DNA of 64,000 nucleotides from NCBI GenBank assembly GCA_026770705.1, contig JANJGN010000163.1, forward strand, positions 434,001 to 498,000. Reading direction: 5' to 3'. Of the stretch, positions 15,001 to 30,000 are shown piece by piece. The translations under genes were made by a program, and so were the position numbers. The stretch is from Isurus oxyrinchus. Lineage: Eukaryota. Positions within the stretch are counted from its first letter, which is position 1; every line of letters begins with the position of its first letter. The notes beneath the pieces were generated by a model that saw only the letters and a program-made list of their open reading frames with translations, made no database searches and had not been told where the DNA came from.

Positions 15001-18000
15001 CAACCTGGAATTGACAATCTAATTAGATATCAGACTTGGGATGTCAACCTGGAATTTACAATCTAATTAGATATCAAACTTGGGATGTCAACCTAGAATT
15101 GACAATCTAATTAGATATCATACTTGGGATGTCAACCTGGAATTGACAATCTAATTAGATATGAAACTTGGGATGTCAACCTGGAATTGACAATATAATT
15201 AGATATCAGACTTGGGATGTCAACCTGGAATTGACAATCTAATTAGATATCAGACTTGGGATGTCAACCTGGAATTGAGAATCTAATTAGATATCAGACT
15301 TGGGATGTCAACCTAGAATTGACAATCTAATTAGATAACAGACTTGGGATGTCAACCTGGAATTGACAATCTAATTAGATATCACACTTGGGATGTCAAC
15401 CTGGATTTGACAATCTAATTAGATATCAGACTTGGGATGTCAACCTGGAATTGACAATCTAATTAGATATCAGACTTGGGATGTCAACCTGGAATTGACA
15501 ATCTCATTAGATATCACACTTGGGATATCAACCTGGAATTGAAAATCTAATTAGATATCAGACTTGGGATGTCAACCTGGAATTGACAATCTAATTAGAT
15601 ATCAGACTTGGGATGTCAACCTGGAATTGACAATCTCATTAGATATCAAACTTGGGATGTCAACCTGGAATTGACGATCTAATTAGATATCAGACTTGGG
15701 ATGTCAACCTGGAATTGACGATCTAATTAGATATCAGACTTGGGATGTCAACCTGGAATTGACAATCTAATTAGATGTCACACTTGGGATGTCAACCTGG
15801 ATTTGACAATCTAATTAGATATCAGACTTGGGATGTCAACCTGGAATTGACAATCTAATTAGATATCAGATTTGGGATGTCAACCTGGAATTGACAATCT
15901 CATTAGATATCAGACTTGGGATGTCAACCTGGAATTGACAATCTAATTAGATATCACACTTGGGATGTCAACTTGGAATTGACAATCTAATTAGATATCA
16001 AACTTTGGATGTCAACCTGGAATTGACAATCTAATTAGATATCAGACTTGGGATGTCAATCTGGAATTGACAATCTAATTAGATATCAGACTTGGAGTGT
16101 CAACTTGGAATTGACAATCTAATTAGATATCACACTTGGGATGTCAACCTGGATTTGACAATCTAATTAGATATCAGACTTGGGATGTCAACCTGGAATT
16201 GACAATCTAATTAGATATCAAACTTGGGATGTCAACCTGGAATTGACAGTCTAATTAGATATCAGACTTGGGATGTCAACCTGGAATTGACAATCTAATT
16301 AGATATCAGACTTGGGATGTCAACCTGGAATTGACAATCTAATTAGATATCAGACTTGGGATGTCAACCTGGAATTGACAATCTAATTAGATATCAGACT
16401 TGGGATGTCAACCTGGAATTGACAATCTAATTAGATATCAAACTTGGGATGTCAACCTGGAATTGACGATCTAATTAGATATCAGACTTGGGATGTCAAC
16501 CTGGAATTGACAATCTAATTAGATATCACACTTGGGATGTCAACCTGGATTTGACAATCTAATTCGATATCAGACTTGGGATGTCAACCTGGAATTGACA
16601 ATCTCATTAGATATCAGACTTGGGATGTCAACCTGGAATTGACAATCTAATTAGATATCAGACTTGGGATGTCACCCTGGAATTGACAATCTCATTAGAT
16701 ATCAGACTTGGGATGTCAACCTGGAATTGACAATCTAATTAGATATCAGACTTGGGATGTCAACTTGGAATTGACAATCTAATTAGATATCAAACTTGGG
16801 ATGTCAACCTGGAATTGACAATCTAATTAGATATCAGACTTGGGATGTCAATCTGGAATTGACAATCTAATTAGATATCAGACTTGGGATGTCAACCTGG
16901 AATTGACAATCTAATTAGATATCAAACTTGGGATGTCAACCTGGAATTGACAATCTAATTAGATATCAGACTTGGGATGTCAACCTGGAATTTACAATCT
17001 AATTAGATATCAAACTTGGGATGTCAACCTAGAATTGACAATCTAATTAGATATCATACTTGGGATGTCAACCTGGAATTGACAATCTAATTAGATATGA
17101 AACTTGGGATGTCAACCTGGAATTGACAATATAATTAGATATCAGACTTGGGATGTCAACCTGGAATTGACAATCTAATTAGATATCAGACTTGGGATGT
17201 CAACCTGGAATTGAGAATCTAATTAGATATCAGTCTTGGGATGTCAACTTTGAATTGACAATCTAATTAGATATCAAACTTGGGATGTCAACCTGGAATT
17301 GACGATCTAATTAGATATCAGACTTGGGATGTCAACCTGGAATTGACAATCTAATTAGATATCACACTTGGGATGTCAACCTGGATTTGACAATCTAATT
17401 AGATATCAGACTTGGGATGTCAACCTGGAATTGACAATCTAATTAGATATCAGACTTGGGATGTCAACCTGGAATTGACAATCTCATTAGATATCAGACT
17501 TGGGATGTCAACCTGGAATTGACAATCTAATTAGATATCAGACTTGGGATGTCAACTTGGAATTGACAATCTAATTAGCTATCAAACTTGGGATGTCAAC
17601 CTGGAATTGACAATCTAATTAGATATCAGACTTGGGATGTCAATCTGGAATTGACAATCTAATTAGATATCAGACTTGGAGTGTCAACTTGGAATTGACA
17701 ATCTAATTAGATATCACACTTGGGATGTCAACCTGGATTTGACAATCTAATTAGATATCAGACTTGGGATGTCAACCTGGAATTGTCAATCTCATTAGAT
17801 ATCAAACTTGGGATGTCAACCTGGAATTGACAATCTAATTAGATATCAGACTTGGGATGTCAACCTGGAATTGACAATCTAATTAGATATCAGACTTGGG
17901 ATGTCAACCAGGAATTGACAATCTAATTAGATATCAGACTTGGGATGTCAACTTGGAATTGACAATCTAATTAGATATCAGACTTGGGATGTCAACCTAG

Positions 18001-21000
18001 AATTGACAATCTAATTAGATATCACACTTGGGATGTCAACCTGGATTTGACAATCTAATTAGATATCAGACTTGGGATGTCAACTTGGAATTGACAATCT
18101 AATTAGATATCACACTTGGGATGTCAACCTGGATTTGACAATCTAATTAGATATCAGACTTGGGATGTCAACCTGGAATTGACAATCTAATTAGATATCA
18201 AACTTGGGATGTCAACCTGGAATTGACAATCTAATTAAATATCAGACTTGGGATGTTAACCTGGAATTGACAATATAATTAGATATCACACTTGGGATGT
18301 CAACCTGGATTTGACAATCTAATTAGATATCAGACTTGGGATGTCAACCTGGAATTGACAATCTAATTAGATATCAGACTTGGGATGTCAACCTGGAATT
18401 GACAATCTCATTAGATATCAGACTTGGGATGTCAACCTGGAATTGACAATCTAATTAGATATCAGACTTGGGATGTCAACTTGGAATTGACAATCTAATT
18501 AGATATCAAACTTGGGATGTCAACCTGGAAATGACAATCTAATTAGATATCAGACTTGGGATGTCAATCTGGAATTGACAATCTAATTAGATATCAGACT
18601 TGGGGTGTCAACTTGGAATTGACAATCTAATTAGATATCAAACTTGGGATGTCAACCTGGAATTGACAATCTAATTAGATATCAAACTTGGGATGTCAAC
18701 TTGGAATTGACAATCTAATTAGATATCAAACTTGGGCTGTCAACCTGGAATTGACAATCTAATTAGATATCAAACTTGGGATGTCAACCTGGAATTGACA
18801 ATCTAATTAGATATCAGACTTGGGATGTCAACCTGGAATTGACAATCTAATTAGATATCAAAATTGGGATGTCAACCTAGAATTGACAATCTAATTAGAT
18901 ATCAGACTTGGGATGTCAACCTGGAATTGACAATCTAATTAGATATCAGACTTGGGATATCAACCTGGAACTGACAATCTAATTAGATATCAGACTTGGG
19001 ATGTCAACCTGGAATTGACAATCTAATTAGATATCAGACTTGGGATGTCAACCTGGAATTGACAATCTCATTAGATATCAGACTTGGGATGTCAACCTGG
19101 AATTGACAATCTAATTAGATATCAGACTTGGGATGTCAACCTGGAATTGACAATCTAATTAGATATCAGACTTGGGATGTCAACTTGGAATTGACAATCT
19201 AATTAGATATCAGACTTGGCATGTCAACCTGGAATTGACAATCTAATTAGAAATCAGACTTGGGATGTCAACTTGGAATTGACAATCTAATTAGATATCA
19301 GACTTGGGATGTCAACCTGGAATTGACAATCTAATTAGATATCAGACTTGGGATGTCAACTTGGAATTGACAATCTAATTAGATATCAGACTTGGGATGT
19401 CAAGCTGGAATTGACAATCTAATTAGATATCAGACTTGGGATGTCAACTTGGAATTGACAATCTAATTAGATATCACACTTGGGATGTCAACCTGGATTT
19501 GACAATCTAATTAGATATCAGACTTGGGATGTCAACTTGGAATTGACAATCTAATTAGATATCAGACTTGGGATGTCAACCTGGAATTGACAATCTAATT
19601 AGAAATCAGACTTGGGATGTCGACTTGGAATTGACAATCTAATTAGATATCAGACTTGGGATGTCAATCTGGAATTGACAATCTAATTAGATATCAGACT
19701 TGGGATGTCAACCTGCTATTGACAATCTAATTAGATATCAGACTTGGGATGTCAAGTTGGAATTGACAATCTAATTAGATATCAAACTTGGGATGTCAAC
19801 CTGGAATTGACAATCTAATTAGATATCAAAATTGGGATGTCAACTTGGAATTGACAATCTAATTAGATATCAGACTTGGGATGTCAACCTGGAATTGACA
19901 ATCTAATTAGATATCAAACTTGGGATGTCAACCTGGAATTGACAATCTAATTAGATATCAGACTTGGGATGTCAACCTGGAATTGACAATCTAATTAGAT
20001 ATCAGACTTGGGATGTCAACCTGGAATTGACAATCTAATTAGATATCAAACTTGGGATGTCAACCTAGAATTGACAATCTAATTAGATATCAGACTTGGG
20101 ATGTCAACCTAGAATTGACAATCTAATTAGATAACAGACTTGGGATGTCAACCTGGAATTGACAATCTAATTAGATATCACACTTGGGATGTCAACCTGG
20201 ATTTGACAATCTAATTAGATATCAGACTTGGGATGTCAACCTGGAATTGACAATCTAATTAGATATCAGACTTGGGATGTCAACCTGGAATTGACAATCT
20301 CATTAGATATCACACTTGGGATATCAACCTGGAATTGAAAATCTAATTAGATATCAGACTTGGGATGTCAACCTGGAATTGACAATCTAATTAGATATCA
20401 GACTTGGGATGTCAACCTGGAATTGACAATCTCATTAGATATCAAACTTGGGATGTCAACCTGGAATTGACGATCTAATTAGATATCAGACTTGGGATGT
20501 CAACCTGGAATTGACGATCTAATTAGATATCAGACTTGGGATGTCAACCTGGAATTGACAATCTAATTAGATGTCACACTTGGGATGTCAACCTGGATTT
20601 GACAATCTAATTAGATATCAGACTTGGGATGTCAACCTGGAATTGACAATCTAATTAGATATCAGATTTGGGATGTCAACCTGGAATTGACAATCTCATT
20701 AGATATCAGACTTGGGATGTCAACCTGGAATTGACAATCTAATTAGATATCACACTTGGGATGTCAACTTGGAATTGACAATCTAATTAGATATCAAACT
20801 TTGGATGTCAACCTGGAATTGACAATCTAATTAGATATCAGACTTGGGATGTCAATCTGGAATTGACAATCTAATTAGATATCAGACTTGGAGTGTCAAC
20901 TTGGAATTGACAATCTAATTAGATATCACACTTGGGATGTCAACCTGGATTTGACAATCTAATTAGATATCAGACTTGGGATGTCAACCTGGAATTGACA

Positions 21001-24000
21001 ATCTAATTAGATATCAAACTTGGGATGTCAACCTGGAATTGACAGTCTAATTAGATATCAGACTTGGGATGTCAACCTGGAATTGACAATCTAATTAGAT
21101 ATCAGACTTGGGATGTCAACCTGGAATTGACAATCTAATTAGATATCAGACTTGGGATGTCAACCTGGAATTGACAATCTAATTAGATATCAGACTTGGG
21201 ATGTCAACCTGGAATTGACAATCTAATTAGATATCAAACTTGGGATGTCAACCTGGAATTGACGATCTAATTAGATATCAGACTTGGGATGTCAACCTGG
21301 AATTGACAATCTAATTAGATATCACACTTGGGATGTCAACCTGGATTTGACAATCTAATTCGATATCAGACTTGGGATGTCAACCTGGAATTGACAATCT
21401 CATTAGATATCAGACTTGGGATGTCAACCTGGAATTGACAATCTAATTAGATATCAGACTTGGGATGTCACCCTGGAATTGACAATCTCATTAGATATCA
21501 GACTTGGGATGTCAACCTGGAATTGACAATCTAATTAGATATCAGACTTGGGATGTCAACTTGGAATTGACAATCTAATTAGATATCAAACTTGGGATGT
21601 CAACCTGGAATTGACAATCTAATTAGATATCAGACTTGGGATGTCAATCTGGAATTGACAATCTAATTAGATATCAGACTTGGGATGTCAACCTGGAATT
21701 GACAATCTAATTAGATATCAAACTTGGGATGTCAACCTGGAATTGACAATCTAATTAGATATCAGACTTGGGATGTCAACCTGGAATTTACAATCTAATT
21801 AGATATCAAACTTGGGATGTCAACCTAGAATTGACAATCTAATTAGATATCATACTTGGGATGTCAACCTGGAATTGACAATCTAATTAGATATGAAACT
21901 TGGGATGTCAACCTGGAATTGACAATATAATTAGATATCAGACTTGGGATGTCAACCTGGAATTGACAATCTAATTAGATATCAGACTTGGGATGTCAAC
22001 CTGGAATTGAGAATCTAATTAGATATCAGACTTGGGATGTCAACCTAGAATTGACAATCTAATTAGATAACAGACTTGGGATGTCAACCTGGAATTGACA
22101 ATCTAATTAGATATCACACTTGGGATGTCAACCTGGATTTGACAATCTAATTAGATATCAGACTTGGGATGTCAACCTGGAATTGACAATCTAATTAGAT
22201 ATCAGACTTGGGATGTCAACCTGGAATTGACAATCTCATTAGATATCACACTTGGGATATCAACCTGGAATTGAAAATCTAATTAGATATCAGACTTGGG
22301 ATGTCAACCTGGAATTGACAATCTAATTAGATATCAGACTTGGGATGTCAACCTGGAATTGACAATCTCATTAGATATCAAACTTGGGATGTCAACCTGG
22401 AATTGACGATCTAATTAGATATCAGACTTGGGATGTCAACCTGGAATTGACGATCTAATTAGATATCAGACTTGGGATGTCAACCTGGAATTGACAATCT
22501 AATTAGATGTCACACTTGGGATGTCAACCTGGATTTGACAATCTAATTAGATATCAGACTTGGGATGTCAACCTGGAATTGACAATCTAATTAGATATCA
22601 GATTTGGGATGTCAACCTGGAATTGACAATCTCATTAGATATCAGACTTGGGATGTCAACCTGGAATTGACAATCTAATTAGATATCACACTTGGGATGT
22701 CAACTTGGAATTGACAATCTAATTAGATATCAAACTTTGGATGTCAACCTGGAATTGACAATCTAATTAGATATCAGACTTGGGATGTCAATCTGGAATT
22801 GACAATCTAATTAGATATCAGACTTGGAGTGTCAACTTGGAATTGACAATCTAATTAGATATCACACTTGGGATGTCAACCTGGATTTGACAATCTAATT
22901 AGATATCAGACTTGGGATGTCAACCTGGAATTGACAATCTAATTAGATATCAAACTTGGGATGTCAACCTGGAATTGACAGTCTAATTAGATATCAGACT
23001 TGGGATGTCAACCTGGAATTGACAATCTAATTAGATATCAGACTTGGGATGTCAACCTGGAATTGACAATCTAATTAGATATCAGACTTGGGATGTCAAC
23101 CTGGAATTGACAATCTAATTAGATATCAGACTTGGGATGTCAACCTGGAATTGACAATCTAATTAGATATCAAACTTGGGATGTCAACCTGGAATTGACG
23201 ATCTAATTAGATATCAGACTTGGGATGTCAACCTGGAATTGACAATCTAATTAGATATCACACTTGGGATGTCAACCTGGATTTGACAATCTAATTCGAT
23301 ATCAGACTTGGGATGTCAACCTGGAATTGACAATCTCATTAGATATCAGACTTGGGATGTCAACCTGGAATTGACAATCTAATTAGATATCAGACTTGGG
23401 ATGTCACCCTGGAATTGACAATCTCATTAGATATCAGACTTGGGATGTCAACCTGGAATTGACAATCTAATTAGATATCAGACTTGGGATGTCAACTTGG
23501 AATTGACAATCTAATTAGATATCAAACTTGGGATGTCAACCTGGAATTGACAATCTAATTAGATATCAGACTTGGGATGTCAATCTGGAATTGACAATCT
23601 AATTAGATATCAGACTTGGGATGTCAACCTGGAATTGACAATCTAATTAGATATCAAACTTGGGATGTCAACCTGGAATTGACAATCTAATTAGATATCA
23701 GACTTGGGATGTCAACCTGGAATTTACAATCTAATTAGATATCAAACTTGGGATGTCAACCTAGAATTGACAATCTAATTAGATATCATACTTGGGATGT
23801 CAACCTGGAATTGACAATCTAATTAGATATGAAACTTGGGATGTCAACCTGGAATTGACAATATAATTAGATATCAGACTTGGGATGTCAACCTGGAATT
23901 GACAATCTAATTAGATATCAGACTTGGGATGTCAACCTGGAATTGAGAATCTAATTAGATATCAGTCTTGGGATGTCAACTTTGAATTGACAATCTAATT

Positions 24001-27000
24001 AGATATCAAACTTGGGATGTCAACCTGGAATTGACGATCTAATTAGATATCAGACTTGGGATGTCAACCTGGAATTGACAATCTAATTAGATATCACACT
24101 TGGGATGTCAACCTGGATTTGACAATCTAATTAGATATCAGACTTGGGATGTCAACCTGGAATTGACAATCTAATTAGATATCAGACTTGGGATGTCAAC
24201 CTGGAATTGACAATCTCATTAGATATCAGACTTGGGATGTCAACCTGGAATTGACAATCTAATTAGATATCAGACTTGGGATGTCAACTTGGAATTGACA
24301 ATCTAATTAGCTATCAAACTTGGGATGTCAACCTGGAATTGACAATCTAATTAGATATCAGACTTGGGATGTCAATCTGGAATTGACAATCTAATTAGAT
24401 ATCAGACTTGGAGTGTCAACTTGGAATTGACAATCTAATTAGATATCACACTTGGGATGTCAACCTGGATTTGACAATCTAATTAGATATCAGACTTGGG
24501 ATGTCAACCTGGAATTGTCAATCTCATTAGATATCAAACTTGGGATGTCAACCTGGAATTGACAATCTAATTAGATATCAGACTTGGGATGTCAACCTGG
24601 AATTGACAATCTAATTAGATATCAGACTTGGGATGTCAACCAGGAATTGACAATCTAATTAGATATCAGACTTGGGATGTCAACCTGGAATTGACAATCT
24701 AATTAGATATCAGACTTGGGATGTCAACCTGGAATTGACAATCTAATTAGATATCAAACTTGGGATGTCAACCTGGAATTGACGATCTAATTAGATATCA
24801 GACTTGGGATGTCAACCTGGAATTGACAATCTAATTAGATATCAGACTTGGGATGTCAACCTGGATTTGACAATCTAATTAGATATCAGACTTGGGATGT
24901 CAACCTGGAATTGACAATCTCATTAGATATCAGACTTGGGATGTCAACCTGGAATTGACAATCTCATTAGATATCAGACTTGGGATGTCAAGCTGGAATT
25001 GACAATCTAATTAGATATCAGACTTGGGATGTCAACTTGGAATTGACAATCTAATTAGATATCAAACTTGGGATGTCAACCTGGAATTGACAATCTAATT
25101 AGATATCAGACTTGGGATGTCAATCTGGAATTGACAATCTAATTAGATATCAAACTTGGGATGTCAACCTGGAATTGACAATCTAATTAGATATCAAACT
25201 TGGGATGTCAACTTGGAATTGACAATCTAATTAGATATCAAACTTGGGCTGTCAACCTGGAATTGACAATCTAATTAGATATCAAACTTGGGATGTCAAC
25301 CTGGAATTAACAATCTAATTAGATATCAGACTTGGGATGTCAACCTGGAATTGACAATCTAATTAGATATCAAAATTGGGATGTCAACCTAGAATTGACA
25401 ATCTAATTAGATATCAGACTTGGGATGTCAACCTGGAATTGACAATCTAATTAGATATCAGACTTGGGATATCAACCTGGAACTGACAATCTAATTAGAT
25501 ATCAGACTTGGGATGTCAACCTGGAATTGACAATCTAATTAGATATCAGACTTGGGATGTCAACCTGGAATTGACAATCTCATTAGATATCAGACTTGGG
25601 ATGTCAACCTGGAATTGACAATCTAATTAGATATCAGACTTGGGATGTCAACCTGGAATTGACAATCTAATTAGATATCAGACTTGGGATGTCAACTTGG
25701 AATTGACAATCTAATTAGATATCAGACTTGGCATGTCAACCTGGAATTGACAATCTAATTAGAAATCAGACTTGGGATGTCAACTTGGAATTGACAATCT
25801 AATTAGATATCAGACTTGGGATGTCAACCTGGAATTGACAATCTAATTAGATATCAGACTTGGGATGTCAACTTGGAATTGACAATCTAATTAGATATCA
25901 GACTTGGGATGTCAACCTGGAATTGACAATCTAATTAGATATCAGACTTGGGATGTCAACTTGGAATTGACAATCTAATTAGATATCACACTTGGGATGT
26001 CAACCTGGATTTGACAATCTAATTAGATATCAGACTTGGGATGTCAACTTGGAATTGACAATCTAATTAGATATCAGACTTGGGATGTCAACCTGGAATT
26101 GACAATCTAATTAGAAATCAGACTTGGGATGTCGACTTGGAATTGACAATCTAATTAGATATCAGACTTGGGATGTCAATCTGGAATTGACAATCTAATT
26201 AGATATCAGACTTGGGATGTCAACCTGCTATTGACAATCTAATTAGATATCAGACTTGGGATGTCAAGTTGGAATTGACAATCTAATTAGATATCAAACT
26301 TGGGATGTCAACCTGGAATTGACAATCTAATTAGATATCAAAATTGGGATGTCAACTTGGAATTGACAATCTAATTAGATATCAGACTTGGGATGTCAAC
26401 CTGGAATTGACAATCTAATTAGATATCAAACTTGGGATGTCAACCTGGAATTGACAATCTAATTAGATATCAGACTTGGGATGTCAACCTGGAATTGACA
26501 ATCTAATTAGATATCAGACTTGGGATGTCAACCTGGAATTGACAATCTAATTAGATATCAAACTTGGGATGTCAACCTAGAATTGACAATCTAATTAGAT
26601 ATCAGACTTGGGATGTCAACCTAGAATTGACAATCTAATTAGATAACAGACTTGGGATGTCAACCTGGAATTGACAATCTAATTAGATATCACACTTGGG
26701 ATGTCAACCTGGATTTGACAATCTAATTAGATATCAGACTTGGGATGTCAACCTGGAATTGACAATCTAATTAGATATCAGACTTGGGATGTCAACCTGG
26801 AATTGACAATCTCATTAGATATCAGACTTGGGATGTCAACCTGGAATTGACAATCTAATTAGATATCAGACTTGGGATGTCAACCTGGAATTGACAATCT
26901 AATTAGATATCAGACTTGGGATGTCAACCTGGAATTGACAATCTAATTAGATATCAGACTTGGGATGTCAACCTGGAATTGACAATCTAATTAGATATCA

Positions 27001-30000
27001 GACTTGGGATGTCAACCTGGAATTGACAATCTAATTAGATATCAAACTTGGGATGTCAACCTGGAATTGACGATCTAATTAGATATCAGACTTGGGATGT
27101 CAACCTGGAATTGACAATCTAATTAGATGTCACACTTGGGATGTCAACCTGGATTTGACAATCTAATTAGATATCAGACTTGGGATGTCAACCTGGAATT
27201 GACAATCTAATTAGATATCAGATTTGGGATGTCAACCTGGAATTGACAATCTCATTAGATATCAGACTTGGGATGTCAACCTGGAATTGACAATCTAATT
27301 AGATATCACACTTGGGATGTCAACTTGGAATTGACAATCTAATTAGATATCAAACTTTGGATGTCAACCTGGAATTGACAATCTAATTAGATATCAGACT
27401 TGGGATGTCAATCTGGAATTGACAATCTAATTAGATATCAGACTTGGAGTGTCAACTTGGAATTGACAATCTAATTAGATATCACACTTGGGATGTCAAC
27501 CTGGATTTGACAATCTAATTAGATATCAGACTTGGGATGTCAACCTGGAATTGACAATCTAATTAGATATCAAACTTGGGATGTCAACCTGGAATTGACA
27601 GTCTAATTAGATATCAGACTTGGGATGTCAACCTGGAATTGACAATCTAATTAGATATCAGACTTGGGATGTCAACCTGGAATTGACAATCTAATTAGAT
27701 ATCAGACTTGGGATGTCAACCTGGAATTGACAATCTAATTAGATATCAGACTTGGGATGTCAACCTGGAATTGACAATCTAATTAGATATCAAACTTGGG
27801 ATGTCAACCTGGAATTGACGATCTAATTAGATATCAGACTTGGGATGTCAACCTGGAATTGACAATCTAATTAGATATCACACTTGGGATGTCAACCTGG
27901 ATTTGACAATCTAATTCGATATCAGACTTGGGATGTCAACCTGGAATTGACAATCTCATTAGATATCAGACTTGGGATGTCAACCTGGAATTGACAATCT
28001 AATTAGATATCAGACTTGGGATGTCACCCTGGAATTGACAATCTCATTAGATATCAGACTTGGGATGTCAACCTGGAATTGACAATCTAATTAGATATCA
28101 GACTTGGGATGTCAACTTGGAATTGACAATCTAATTAGATATCAAACTTGGGATGTCAACCTGGAATTGACAATCTAATTAGATATCAGACTTGGGATGT
28201 CAATCTGGAATTGACAATCTAATTAGATATCAGACTTGGGATGTCAACCTGGAATTGACAATCTAATTAGATATCAAACTTGGGATGTCAACCTGGAATT
28301 GACAATCTAATTAGATATCAGACTTGGGATGTCAACCTGGAATTTACAATCTAATTAGATATCAAACTTGGGATGTCAACCTAGAATTGACAATCTAATT
28401 AGATATCATACTTGGGATGTCAACCTGGAATTGACAATCTAATTAGATATGAAACTTGGGATGTCAACCTGGAATTGACAATATAATTAGATATCAGACT
28501 TGGGATGTCAACCTGGAATTGACAATCTAATTAGATATCAGACTTGGGATGTCAACCAGGAATTGAGAATCTAATTAGATATCAGTCTTGGGATGTCAAC
28601 TTTGAATTGACAATCTAATTAGATATCAAACTTGGGATGTCAACTTGGAATTGACGATCTAATTAGATATCAGACTTGGGATGTCAACCTGGAATTGACA
28701 ATCTAATTAGATATCACACTTGGGATGTCAACCTGGATTTGACAATCTAATTAGATATCAGACTTGGGATGTCAACCTGGAATTGACAATCTAATTAGAT
28801 ATCAGACTTGGGATGTCAACCTGGAATTGACAATCTCATTAGATATCAGACTTGGGATGTCAACCTGGAATTGACAATCTAATTAGATATCAGACTTGGG
28901 ATGTCAACTTGGAATTGACAATCTAATTAGCTATCAAACTTGGGATGTCAACCTGGAATTGACAATCTAATTAGATATCAGACTTGGGATGTCAATCTGG
29001 AATTGACAATCTAATTAGATATCAGACTTGGAGTGTCAACTTGGAATTGACAATCTAATTAGATATCACACTTGGGATGTCAACCTGGATTTGACAATCT
29101 AATTAGATATCAGACTTGGGATGTCAACCTGGAATTGACAATCTCATTAGATATCAAACTTGGGATGTCAACCTGGAATTGACAATCTAATTAGATATCA
29201 GACTTGGGATGTCAACCTGGAATTGACAATCTAATTAGATATCAGACTTGGGATGTCAACCAGGAATTGACAATCTAATTAGATATCAGACTTGGGATGT
29301 CAACCTGGAATTGACAATCTAATTAGATATCAGACTTGGGATGTCAACCTGGAATTGACAATCTAATTAGATATCAAACTTGGGATGTCAACCTGGAATT
29401 GACGATCTAATTAGATATCAGACTTGGGATGTCAACCTGGAATTGACAATCTAATTAGATATCAGACTTGGGATGTCAACCTGGATTTGACAATCTAATT
29501 AGATATCAGACTTGGGATGTCAACCTGGAATTGACAATCTCATTAGATATCAGACTTGGGATGTCAACCTGGAATTGACAATCTCATTAGATATCAGACT
29601 TGGGATGTCAACCTGGAATTGACAATCTAATTAGATATCAGACTTGGGATGTCAACTTGGAATTGACAATCTAATTAGATATCAAACTTGGGATGTCAAC
29701 CTGGAATTGACAATCTAATTAGATATCAGACTTGGGATGTCAATCTGGAATTGACAATCTAATTAGATATCAAACTTGGGATGTCAACCTGGAATTGACA
29801 ATCTAATTAGATATCAAACTTGGGATGTCAACTTGGAATTGACAATCTAATTAGATATCAGACTTGGGATGTCAACCTGGAATTGACAATCTAATTAGAT
29901 ATCAAAATTGGGATGTCAACCTAGAATTGACATTCTAATTAGATATCAGACTTGGGATGTCAACCTGGAATTGACAATCTAATTAGACATCACACTTGGG